This document shows positions 44,967 to 53,778 of a DNA stretch of 64,000 bases, piece by piece. Location of the stretch: assembly GCA_964447005.1 (NCBI GenBank), contig CAYUQP010000006.1:13640-77639 (forward strand), given 5' to 3'. This DNA comes from an uncultured Bacteroidales bacterium (GTDB lineage Bacteria; Bacteroidota; Bacteroidia; Bacteroidales; JAGOPY01). Positions within the stretch are counted from its first letter, which is position 1, and each line of letters starts with the position of its first letter. The notes under the pieces are model-generated. The model made no database searches and was not told the origin of the DNA. It saw only the letters and a list, made by a program, of their open reading frames with translations. The position numbers and the translations under genes are program-made.

Positions 44967-46259
44967 ATGACCCAGCAATTGGAACCAACAAAATATCATC
45001 TTCATTCACTGGTCAGCGGTAAGGATTTTCCGGATTCGGGATGGATCCTGGAAGTTCCGGAGGATGAAAAGCCGTCGCTTCTTCAGAGTGTTTACGATAA
45101 ACAGCAACTTGAATTAAAAGATGATTCATTCGGGCTATATAAGTTCGCCGACTGGCTTCCCGTGAAACGGATGCTGATCGGTTCCTCAGCGCCGGTTACC
45201 TATAAAAGCAGAAAACTGGCTTCAAAGCTGGGCCTGAGCAATTTATACATCACTTTCAGCGGCTGGTGGCCTGAAAGAGGCGCTGAAATGCAGACCTGCA
45301 GCTTTAAAGAGACGGAAGCTTATTCAGTATGCGCCAGGCTTGACCATAACAATAAAAAGATACTTGTGGTTGCTTCCGCGGGCAACACCGCCCGCTCCTT
45401 CGCGCGGGTCTGCTCCGATAATGATATTCCATTATTGTTGTGCATCCCGGAAGACAACCTGGATGCGCTCTGGTTTGACGTAGAGATCAAGCCCTGTGTT
45501 AAGGTGGTGGCAACCCGCAGGGGCAGCGATTACTTTGACGCCATCCACCTTTCGAACCTGGCCTGCAAGCTGGAACAGTTCATGCCGGAAGGCGGCGCTA
45601 AAAATGTGGCGCGCAGGGATGGAATGGCAACGACAGTATTGTCCGCAGTGACGACTATCGGTCGCATCCCGGATTATTATTTCCAGGCCGTAGGCAGCGG
45701 GACAGGGGCGATTGCGGCATGGGAAGCCAATAAACGCTTCATCGGCGACGGCAGGTACGGGCGCCATAAAATGAAGCTCATGGTTTCCCAGAATGCTCCG
45801 TTCCTGCCCATGCATGACGCATGGAAGAGCGGGTCGAGGGAAATGCTGCCGCTGGATGACAACCTGGCCCGCAAACAGGTCGAAGAAATAGACGCCAAGG
45901 TGCTTTCCAACCGGAAACCGCCCTATCCCATAACAGGTGGGCTTTTTGACGCATTGAAAGACACTTGCGGGGATGTTCTGCCTGTCACCAACGAGCAGGC
46001 TGCCAAGGCTGGTAAGCTGTTCCTAGAAATTGAAGGCATAGACCTTCACCCGGCCGCCGCTGTGGCAACTGCTTCGCTGATCAACTATTGCAATGAAAAT
46101 CAGATGGATAAAGATGCGCTAATCATGCTGAATATTACCGGTGGCGGGGAAGATTTATATAAGAAGGGAAGAAAATTGTACTATTTAAAACCTTCTGTCA
46201 TCTTTGACATAAATCCCACCCTGGACGAGGTTGCAGCTAAGCTCACGAAACTGTTTTAG
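44967..46259 (+). CDS. PLP-dependent threonine-synthase-like enzyme, possibly cysteate synthase
   Basis: Tryptophan-synthase-beta-fold landmarks: CSFKETEAY (PLP Lys region), VVASAGNTARSFA, GSGTGAIAAWEA. The ~430-aa size matches proteins annotated as cysteate synthase in Bacteroidota (from memory). Confidence 0.6.
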   Translation: MTQQLEPTKYHLHSLVSGKDFPDSGWILEVPEDEKPSLLQSVYDKQQLELKDDSFGLYKFADWLPVKRMLIGSSAPVTYKSRKLASKLGLSNLYITFSGWWPERGAEMQTCSFKETEAYSVCARLDHNNKKILVVASAGNTARSFARVCSDNDIPLLLCIPEDNLDALWFDVEIKPCVKVVATRRGSDYFDAIHLSNLACKLEQFMPEGGAKNVARRDGMATTVLSAVTTIGRIPDYYFQAVGSGTGAIAAWEANKRFIGDGRYGRHKMKLMVSQNAPFLPMHDAWKSGSREMLPLDDNLARKQVEEIDAKVLSNRKPPYPITGGLFDALKDTCGDVLPVTNEQAAKAGKLFLEIEGIDLHPAAAVATASLINYCNENQMDKDALIMLNITGGGEDLYKKGRKLYYLKPSVIFDINPTLDEVAAKLTKLF

Positions 46260-46357
46260 CCGCAAGCCGCAAGCTGCAAGCCGCAAGCCGCAAGCCGCAA
46301 GCTGCAAGCTCTATGCCCTTAGCTCTATGCTCTAAGCCCTTAGCTCTAAGCCCTTAG
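46260..46357. repeat. 14 phased heptamers filling the whole gap between two convergent stop codons: (ccgcaag/ctgcaag)x7 then (ctctatg/cccttag/ctctaag)x7
   Basis: Counted directly, 98 nt from one stop (46257-46259) to the other (46359-46361). Confidence 0.95.
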
Positions 46358-46358
46358 C

Positions 46359-46979
46359 TTAATACTCCTCCTCCGACTTCAGCTTAAACCTGAACCCAAT
46401 GTTTGCGTAAAGTGACTGCATTTTGGCCTCAATCGGGTCGTCGATATATTGCGGCGTGAGTCCCCAGCCGTAGCTAACATCGAGAAACAGGAACCAGATA
46501 TTCAGTCCGGCACCGGCAAAAATATCGAATTGTGGACTCGTAACATTATCTTTTTCAACAGGATAATCATTTTCTTTTATACTCAGCGGAAACATTAAAG
46601 AAGGGCCGAGGAAAATTCGGAGACCTGCGAGGCTGTTAGGAGAACCGATAAACTGGAAACCGAAATTGACTGGAATTCTCATATAACCAGCGCTGTATGT
46701 AAAATCTTCCTTATCAGCGATCGTTGGTTGCATATCCTGGGCCAGGCGGGTATAAAAAATCCCCGGCTCTGCAAATAATTTTCTCCCGATAGCAAGACTG
46801 GCGCCAAACTGGTACCCGACTTTTCCATTGGTCACCAGGCTGTCGTTGTTCAGTTCAAAAACCGGGTCGCTGTCGAATTTGGCAACCGTCATACCGATTG
46901 CCGGTTTGAGCTCTAGCTGTGCCGTTGCGATATGAGCAAGAAGTATGAGTGCAGTAGTGAAGAAGAAGTTCTTTTTCAT
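46359..46979 (-). CDS. Outer-membrane beta-barrel protein (OMP_b-brl_2/porin-like)
   Basis: Signal peptide MKKNFFFTTALILLAHIATAQ, alternating beta-strand pattern, C-terminal ...YANIGFRFKL. Confidence 0.75.
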   Translation of the reverse strand: MKKNFFFTTALILLAHIATAQLELKPAIGMTVAKFDSDPVFELNNDSLVTNGKVGYQFGASLAIGRKLFAEPGIFYTRLAQDMQPTIADKEDFTYSAGYMRIPVNFGFQFIGSPNSLAGLRIFLGPSLMFPLSIKENDYPVEKDNVTSPQFDIFAGAGLNIWFLFLDVSYGWGLTPQYIDDPIEAKMQSLYANIGFRFKLKSEEEY

Positions 46980-47193
46980 TGTTGAGGGATTGATTTTTTT
47001 TTGCAAAGATGAAAATAATTTCCTCCGTGATGGTTTCTTTTTTTAACCGCAGAGAAAACAGAGTATACGCAGAGGATTCTCGGTGGTTAACTCAGAATGG
47101 CCTGAAATTTGATATATTTACCAGGCAACTATTTTATTTTCATGTGTTTTACACATATTATATGAAAATTAAAAAATGAAAATTGAAGAAATC

Positions 47194-48414
47194 ATGAAAA
47201 CCTCCCTTCTCCTCCTCGCCTTGTCTCCCTTTCTCCTTTTCTCTTCCTGCAGAAAGGATAATACACCTACCGGTAAAGAACCGGTGACCATCGATCTGAC
47301 TGAAAAAGGCCATGAGGTGATCGCAGCCACCAACGATTTCGGAGTCGATCTTTTCCGCGTAACCGCCCTGGAAGAAACCGGCAACCTGATGCTTTCCCCG
47401 CTGAGTGCCTCCACTGCCCTGACCATGCTGCTCAATGGTTGCAATACTGAAACGTATAACCAGATCAGGAACATGCTGGGCTTTGAAGGCCTGACTATGG
47501 AAGAAATCAATGCAGTCTATCAAAGTCTTGTCAGCCAGCTTCTTGAAGCGGATCCGGAAGTTAAATTTTCTTTAGCCAACGCGGTTTTCTACCGGAACGA
47601 ATTCGAGGTGAAACCACCTTACCTGGAAGCCATGAATCAATCGTTTGACGCAGAGATCGCAGCACTGGATTTCAGCGCCCCGTCTGCGCTTGAGACAATC
47701 AACGGCTGGGCATCGAATCATACGAACGGGAAAATCCCGAAGGTACTGGAAGAGATTGACCCGATGGCCGTGATGTTCCTCATGAACGCGCTCTATTTCA
47801 AAGGGGCCTGGACCGTGCAATTCAACCCGGAAAACACGCATGCCGGATCATTTACAATGGAGGACGGATCCGTGATCGACGCGGATATGATGAGTGAACA
47901 CCTTCCGGTCAGAATATTTTCTGATGCAACAATGTCGGCGGTGGAGTTATCTTACGGCCAGGGAAATTTCACAATGATCATTCTTGTTCCCCAGGGCAGC
48001 CTCACGGATTTTCTGCTGAATTTCAGCCCGGAGCAATGGACTTCCATCACCTCGGGGATAGATGCAATCAGCGAAACAGTGGAAATGGATATTTACCTTC
48101 CAAAGTTTAAATTCGAATACGAAAAATACCTGAACGACCAGCTGATCGCCCTGGGGATGACGGATGCCTTTAATCCGGCCCTGGCCGATCTTTCGGGAAT
48201 TTCAGATGCGTCTATTTATGTTGACTTTGTAAAACAGAACACTTTTATAGAAGTGAATGAAGAAGGCACCGAGGCAGCGGCGGTGACGACCATTGGCATC
48301 AATTACACCAGCTTCGAAGGATTTATAGCAGACAAGCCCTTCCTGTTTGCCATCCGGGAAAAAACGACCAACACGCTGTTGTTTATCGGCAAGGTGGAAG
48401 AACCGACTTTTTGA
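47194..48414 (+). CDS. Serpin-family lipoprotein (copy 1)
   Basis: Lipobox LFSSC; NLMLSPLSASTALTMLLNG; hinge NEEGTEAAAVT; PFLFAIRE. An alternative start lies at 47176. Confidence 0.92.
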   Translation: MKTSLLLLALSPFLLFSSCRKDNTPTGKEPVTIDLTEKGHEVIAATNDFGVDLFRVTALEETGNLMLSPLSASTALTMLLNGCNTETYNQIRNMLGFEGLTMEEINAVYQSLVSQLLEADPEVKFSLANAVFYRNEFEVKPPYLEAMNQSFDAEIAALDFSAPSALETINGWASNHTNGKIPKVLEEIDPMAVMFLMNALYFKGAWTVQFNPENTHAGSFTMEDGSVIDADMMSEHLPVRIFSDATMSAVELSYGQGNFTMIILVPQGSLTDFLLNFSPEQWTSITSGIDAISETVEMDIYLPKFKFEYEKYLNDQLIALGMTDAFNPALADLSGISDASIYVDFVKQNTFIEVNEEGTEAAAVTTIGINYTSFEGFIADKPFLFAIREKTTNTLLFIGKVEEPTF

Positions 48415-48421
48415 AAATAAT

Positions 48422-48449
48422 GTTGAATTTTGAATGTTGAAGGTTGAAT
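48422..48449. repeat. Heptamer array gttgaat tttgaat gttgaag gttgaat, 8 nt after the serpin-1 stop
   Basis: Read directly. Confidence 0.85.
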
Positions 48450-48468
48450 TATAAAAAGGTAAAAAGTT

Positions 48469-49692
48469 ATGATAAGGATGTTAAAAATTATCGTATTGGT
48501 TGGGTTTGTTTCTTTGGCAGCAGCCTGCAGCAAGGATCCCGACGGACCGAAGCAGCCCAAACCGATCACGCTGACCACCAAAGGCCATGAGGTGATCGCT
48601 GCCAGCAACGGCTTCGGGATTGACCTTTTCCGTGAGACCGGGATCAGTGAACCCGGTAACCTGATGCTTTCCCCGCTGAGTGCCTCCACTGCCCTGACCA
48701 TGCTTCTCAACGGCTGTAATTCGGCAACTTATGAACAGATCCGGGAAATGCTGGGATATGAAGGACTTACGACCGGTGAGATCAACGAAGCGTATAACAG
48801 CCTGATCGGCCAGTTACTTACCATCGATCCTGAGATACAGTTATCGCTGGCGAATTCCGTCTGGTACCGGGAGGGCTTCATGGTGAAGGACGGGTTTCTG
48901 AACACGATGAACAGCTCGTTCGATGCTGAGATCGGCGCACTGGATTTCAGCCTGCCTTCTTCCATGGAAACGATCAATAACTGGGCAAAAGATAATACCA
49001 ACGGCAAAATTCCGAAAGTCCTCGATGAAATTGAGCCCGATATGGTGATGTTCCTTATGAACGCACTGTATTTCAAGGGCAACTGGACTTATCAGTTTGA
49101 AGAAAACCAGACGTCAGACCAGCCATTCTATTTAAAAGATGGCAACACGGTCAATGTCAAGATGATGAGAAACACCATCCCGGTAAAAACCTATACCGGG
49201 AATGGAGCAACATCCGTCGAACTGCCCTACGGCCGGCAAAATTTTGCGATGGTAGTGGTACTTCCTGATAACACACTGGATGAATTCCTTGTTGATTTTA
49301 ATGCAATAGGGTGGGCAAGCATCACAGCCGGCCTTGATTCTTTCGCTGATCCGGACGAAATGGAGATCATTCTTCCAAAATTCAAATTTGAATACGAAAA
49401 GTATCTCAATGACCAGCTACAGGCCCTGGGAATGGTTGATGCCTTTGACCCTTTCCTGGCCGACCTTTCAGGTATTTCCGATGCGGATATTTATGTCGAC
49501 TTTGTAAAGCAAAACACGTTTGTCGATGTCAATGAGGAAGGCACTGAAGCGGCCGCAGTCACCACGATCGGGATCAAGGAAGTCAGCATGCCCCCGTCAC
49601 TGATCATCGACCGCCCGTTCATTTTCGTGATCAGGGAAAGGCTTACGAATACCCTCCTTTTCATCGGGAAAGTTGAACAACCAGCCTACTGA
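48469..49692 (+). CDS. Serpin-family lipoprotein (copy 2)
   Basis: Lipobox LAAAC; same serpin landmarks; hinge NEEGTEAAAVT; PFIFVIRE. Confidence 0.92.
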   Translation: MIRMLKIIVLVGFVSLAAACSKDPDGPKQPKPITLTTKGHEVIAASNGFGIDLFRETGISEPGNLMLSPLSASTALTMLLNGCNSATYEQIREMLGYEGLTTGEINEAYNSLIGQLLTIDPEIQLSLANSVWYREGFMVKDGFLNTMNSSFDAEIGALDFSLPSSMETINNWAKDNTNGKIPKVLDEIEPDMVMFLMNALYFKGNWTYQFEENQTSDQPFYLKDGNTVNVKMMRNTIPVKTYTGNGATSVELPYGRQNFAMVVVLPDNTLDEFLVDFNAIGWASITAGLDSFADPDEMEIILPKFKFEYEKYLNDQLQALGMVDAFDPFLADLSGISDADIYVDFVKQNTFVDVNEEGTEAAAVTTIGIKEVSMPPSLIIDRPFIFVIRERLTNTLLFIGKVEQPAY

Positions 49693-49802
49693 GCCCCCTA
49701 ATTTATATTGAATATAAAGAATATTTTATATTATCTTTGGTACGGAATTTGAATTTTAATTTAACAAACTAAACGCTAACAAAAATAAGAAAGGAAAAGT
49801 CT

Positions 49803-50330
49803 ATGAAAATCACAAAAATTTTGACGGTTGCCACACTGGTCGTCTTCATGGCCGGAATGCTCTCCGCCCAGGATTTCAACTATATCGGGGCCGGAAAATG
49901 CAAGATGTGCCACAACTCTGAAAAAGCCGGATACGCTTACAATATCTGGAAAGAGTCGCTGCACGCAAAAGCGCTGGTATCACTCGGGAACGAAAAATCG
50001 CTTGCCTATGCAAAAGCCAACGGCATTGCCGATCCGACGAAGGACCCAAAATGCCTGAACTGCCATTCCACGTATCACATGGTGCCCAAGGACAATATCG
50101 AGACCCTTCTGCCGACGGAAGGCGTGTCGTGCGAGAGCTGCCATGGCCCGGGAAGCGCTTACAAGACCAACACGATCATGAAAAGTCGCGAACTCTCAAT
50201 GAAGAATGGTCTGATCCTTCCGACCAAGGAAGTTTGTGAAACCTGCCACAACAAGCAGAACCCGTTCTACAAACCCTTCAATTACGAGGAAGCGGTGAAG
50301 AAGATCGCGCATCCGACACCGAAAGTGTAA
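49803..50330 (+). CDS. Periplasmic tetrahaem cytochrome c
   Basis: Signal peptide; four CxxCH motifs (CKMCH, CLNCH, CESCH, CETCH). Confidence 0.85.
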   Translation: MKITKILTVATLVVFMAGMLSAQDFNYIGAGKCKMCHNSEKAGYAYNIWKESLHAKALVSLGNEKSLAYAKANGIADPTKDPKCLNCHSTYHMVPKDNIETLLPTEGVSCESCHGPGSAYKTNTIMKSRELSMKNGLILPTKEVCETCHNKQNPFYKPFNYEEAVKKIAHPTPKV

Positions 50331-50338
50331 TACGGTTT

Positions 50339-50408
50339 ACCTCACCCCCTTTACCCCCCGCCCCCTGTTCCCCCTCTCCAAATTGGAGAGGGGGCCAGGG
50401 GGTGAGGT
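50339..50408. terminator. Nested palindromic element / bidirectional terminator between convergent genes
   Basis: Outer arms acctcaccccc/gggggtgaggt; inner 12-bp arms ccccctctccaa/ttggagaggggg. Confidence 0.7.
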
Positions 50409-50410
50409 TT

Positions 50411-50959
50411 TCAGGTGAGCTTGTGGATGATATCCCAAAGCACAATCCCGGCGCTGATCGCAACATTGAAAGAGTGCTTGGTGCCAAATTGCGGGATCTC
50501 GATACATCCATCGCAAATTTCGAGGAGTTCGTTTTTCACGCCAAAAACTTCATGCCCGAAAACCAGGGCGATCTTTGCATTTACATCTGGTATAAAATCT
50601 TTCAGGTTGATGCTTTCATCCGCCTGCTCCACAGCGTACAATTTGCAGCCTGCGTCTTTCACTTCCTTAGCCGCCTGCATGACATCAGGAAAGTATTGCC
50701 AGTCGACCGATTCTGTGGCCCCCAGGGCAGTTTTTGATATGTCTTTGTGAGGTGGCCTTGCAGAAATGCCGCAAAGATATATTCCTTCAATCCTGAAGGC
50801 ATCGGCCGTCCTGAAGATGGACCCGACATTGTACGCGCTGCGGACATCATCCAGGATAATCACCAACGGCTTCTTTTCCGAATTCTTAAACTCTTTAGCA
50901 GATATCCTCTGCAGTTCATCCATCGATCTCTTTTTCATTTTCTGCCTCACGCTCAGCAT
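50411..50959 (-). CDS. SpoU/TrmH-family RNA 2'-O-methyltransferase
   Basis: LVIILDDVRSAYNVGSIFRTADAF..., ALVFGHEVFGV, IPQFGTKHSFNVAISAGIVLWD. Confidence 0.85.
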   Translation of the reverse strand: MLSVRQKMKKRSMDELQRISAKEFKNSEKKPLVIILDDVRSAYNVGSIFRTADAFRIEGIYLCGISARPPHKDISKTALGATESVDWQYFPDVMQAAKEVKDAGCKLYAVEQADESINLKDFIPDVNAKIALVFGHEVFGVKNELLEICDGCIEIPQFGTKHSFNVAISAGIVLWDIIHKLT

Positions 50960-50993
50960 CCATTGGGGTGAGGTAGCGCTAAATTAACTATTT

Positions 50994-53639
50994 TTGTCCA
51001 TAATCAATATTCATTCTTTGAGCAAAGAGCCGGACATTATCGACACCCCCCTGATGCGTCAGTATGCTTCCATTAAAGCAAAGTATCCTGATGCCTTATT
51101 ATTGTTCAGGGTCGGGGACTTTTACGAGACCTTCGGGGAAGACGCGGTCAAAACCTCGAAGATCCTCGGGATCGTACTGACCCGACGGGCCAATGGGTCC
51201 GCGTCGTACGTCGAGCTGGCGGGCTTCCCTTACCACGCGCTCGACACCTACCTGCCGAAACTGGTCAGGGCAGGGCAACGGGTAGCCATATGTGATCAGC
51301 TCGAAGATCCCAAGCTGGCTAAAAAGATTGTGAAACGGGGTGTGACCGAACTGGTGACGCCCGGTGTATCGTATAATGATAAAGTCCTGGACCACAAGGA
51401 GAACAATTTCCTTTGCAGCTTACATCTCGGGGAAAAGACTTCCGGCATTGCGTTCCTTGACATCTCCACCGGCGAATTCTACGCCGCCGAGGGTTTGAAT
51501 GAATATATCGACAAGCTGCTCCAGGGATTCAAGCCCAGCGAGGTCGTAGTGCAAAAATCAAAACGGGAACTTTTTCAGCAGCTCTTCGGAAGCAAGTTTT
51601 ACACTTACACTTTTGATGACTGGGTATTCACACGTGAATTTGCCAGCGATATCCTGACAGCGCATTTCGGTACCACTTCACTGAAAGGGTTCGGCGTCGA
51701 TGAAATGCACCATGCCATTATCGCGGCCGGCGGCGCTTTCCATTACCTGGCGGAGACCCACCACGACAAGATCGGGCATATCGTCAAGATTTCCAGGATC
51801 GAAGAGGAGAAGTACGTATGGTTGGACCGCTTTACGATCCGTAACCTGGAACTGGTCAATTCGATCAACGAAAGAGGGAAAACCCTGCTGGATGTTCTCG
51901 ACCGCACCCTGACCCCGATGGGATCGCGCATGATGCGACGTTGGATCGTACTCCCGCTAAAAGAGCGAAAACCCATCGGGGAGCGGCTTGACATCGTGGA
52001 ATACCTGATGCGGCAAGGTGAGCAGGCCGAACAGCTCTCAAAGCAGTTCAAGCTTACCGGTGACCTGGAACGGCTCATTTCCAAGGTGTCCGTTGGACGC
52101 ATCACACCCCGCGAAGTGGTCCAGTTCAAGAGGGCCCTGCATGCCACAGAGGCCATTAAAGATATTTGTGAAAAAACCGGCCATGACGCCCTGAAGAAGA
52201 TCAGCGAGCAGCTTAATCCCTGCAGGATCATCCGCGACCGGATCGGGCAGGAAGTCCAGGACGAGCCTCCGAATGCTGTAAGCAAGGGCGGGGTGATCAA
52301 AAAAGGAGTTTCCCCGGAACTGGACGAACTAAGGGAACTCTTATATTCCGGAAAGGATTACCTGCAAAAGTTGCAGCAGCGTGAAATTGCCCGCACCGGA
52401 ATCAGCTCGCTGAAAGTAGGCTATAACAATATCTTCGGATACTACCTTGAGGTAACCAACGCCCATAAAGATAAAGTACCTGAAGATTGGAACCGCAAGC
52501 AGACCCTGGTCGGTTCCGAGCGGTATATTACGGAAGAGCTGAAAGAGTATGAACAGAAGATACTCGGGGCCGAAGAAAAGATACTGGACCTGGAGAGCCG
52601 CCTGTTCGACGAACTGGTGCAGGGCCTGAGCGACTACATCCGCCCGGTCCAGCTCAATGCCAACTGGATAGCCCATCTCGACTGCCTTAACTCCTTCGCG
52701 GTCATCGCAAGAGAGCATAACTACAAGCGCCCGGAGATCAATGAAGGATTTGAGATCATGATCAGGGAGGGCAGGCACCCGGTGATCGAACTGGAACTGC
52801 CGCTGGGGGAGAAATATATCACCAACGATGTAGAACTGGATCATGAAAAGCAGCAGATCATCATCATCACCGGGCCGAACATGTCAGGGAAATCGGCGCT
52901 GCTGAGGCAGGTCGCCCTGATCGTGCTTATGGCCCAGATGGGGTCGTTTGTACCGGCCGAAGAGGCGAAGATCGGGATGGTCGACAAGATATTCACCCGG
53001 GTTGGCGCCTCTGATAATATATCTTCCGGTGAATCGACGTTCATGGTGGAAATGAACGAAACGGCAAGCATCCTGAACAACATCAGCACCAGAAGCCTGA
53101 TCCTGCTCGATGAGATCGGCCGCGGCACGAGCACTTACGACGGGATATCGATTGCCTGGGCGATTACAGAGTTCCTTCACGAGCACCCGGCCTATCGTCC
53201 TAAAGTGCTGTTTGCCACTCATTATCATGAGCTGAATGAAATGGCCGCCACCCATAAGCGGATCAAAAATTTTCACATTTCAGTAAAAGAGATCGGTAAC
53301 CAGGTGATCTTCCTGCGCAAGCTGAGAAAAGGCGGAAGTGAGCACAGTTTCGGTATCCATGTGGCAAAAATGGCAGGTATGCCGCCAAAAGTCATTGAAA
53401 GGGCCCAGGAGTTGCTAAAACTGTTGGAAAGATCTCACAGTAACGACGAACTGGCCAAGGTGGCCAAAGAGATTGCCAATCCCGGGAAAGACCAGTTCCA
53501 GCTTTCTTTTATTCAACTTGATGATCCTCTTCTTGAACAGATAAAGCAGGATATCCTTCATACGGATATCGACAACCTGACCCCCGTTGAAGCGCTGATG
53601 AAGCTGCATACGATCAGGAAGAGGCTCAGCGGGCAATAA
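50994..53639 (+). CDS. mutS: DNA mismatch repair protein MutS
   Basis: TPLMRQY...[15 protein letters not shown]; GPNMSGKS Walker A; [15 protein letters not shown] start as listed, exact start uncertain. Confidence 0.95.
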   Translation: MSIINIHSLSKEPDIIDTPLMRQYASIKAKYPDALLLFRVGDFYETFGEDAVKTSKILGIVLTRRANGSASYVELAGFPYHALDTYLPKLVRAGQRVAICDQLEDPKLAKKIVKRGVTELVTPGVSYNDKVLDHKENNFLCSLHLGEKTSGIAFLDISTGEFYAAEGLNEYIDKLLQGFKPSEVVVQKSKRELFQQLFGSKFYTYTFDDWVFTREFASDILTAHFGTTSLKGFGVDEMHHAIIAAGGAFHYLAETHHDKIGHIVKISRIEEEKYVWLDRFTIRNLELVNSINERGKTLLDVLDRTLTPMGSRMMRRWIVLPLKERKPIGERLDIVEYLMRQGEQAEQLSKQFKLTGDLERLISKVSVGRITPREVVQFKRALHATEAIKDICEKTGHDALKKISEQLNPCRIIRDRIGQEVQDEPPNAVSKGGVIKKGVSPELDELRELLYSGKDYLQKLQQREIARTGISSLKVGYNNIFGYYLEVTNAHKDKVPEDWNRKQTLVGSERYITEELKEYEQKILGAEEKILDLESRLFDELVQGLSDYIRPVQLNANWIAHLDCLNSFAVIAREHNYKRPEINEGFEIMIREGRHPVIELELPLGEKYITNDVELDHEKQQIIIITGPNMSGKSALLRQVALIVLMAQMGSFVPAEEAKIGMVDKIFTRVGASDNISSGESTFMVEMNETASILNNISTRSLILLDEIGRGTSTYDGISIAWAITEFLHEHPAYRPKVLFATHYHELNEMAATHKRIKNFHISVKEIGNQVIFLRKLRKGGSEHSFGIHVAKMAGMPPKVIERAQELLKLLERSHSNDELAKVAKEIANPGKDQFQLSFIQLDDPLLEQIKQDILHTDIDNLTPVEALMKLHTIRKRLSGQ

Positions 53640-53697
53640 AAATAAGAAGGTTCAGAACTCCAACGATTAAAGCCGTTGGTTCCAGGTGAGTAACAAT

Positions 53698-53730
53698 AGA
53701 AAACCGACGGCTTTAGTCGTCGGTTTTCTA
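53698..53730. terminator. Bidirectional hairpin terminator aaccgacg-gctttagt-cgtcggtt flanked by an A-run and a T-run
   Basis: 8-bp stem read directly, between the convergent mutS and 53779-56349. Confidence 0.7.
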
Positions 53731-53778
53731 TCTTATGAGACAGCCTCCTGAATTATCAGTTGATATCAAATAATCTGC

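Noticed and set aside
46260-46357. Possibility that the heptamer arrays (also 27675-27723, 29071-29167, 44374-44412, 48422-48449) are CRISPR arrays.
   Set aside because: The units are 7-8 nt with no unique spacers, the arrays are under 100 nt, and no cas genes are present. They are microsatellite-like arrays, not CRISPR.
47158-48710. Minus-strand ORFs 47158-47523, 47169-47510 and 48303-48710, which share similar peptides (..MVRAVEALSGESIRLP..).
   Set aside because: Their similarity to each other arises because they are antisense to the conserved NLMLSPLSASTALTMLLNG segment of the two serpin paralogs. They are not independent genes.
50278-50511. 77-aa ORF ...PPLQFGEGEQGAGGKGGEV.
   Set aside because: It is a translation of the nested palindromic terminator element and of the antisense strand of the TrmH gene end.
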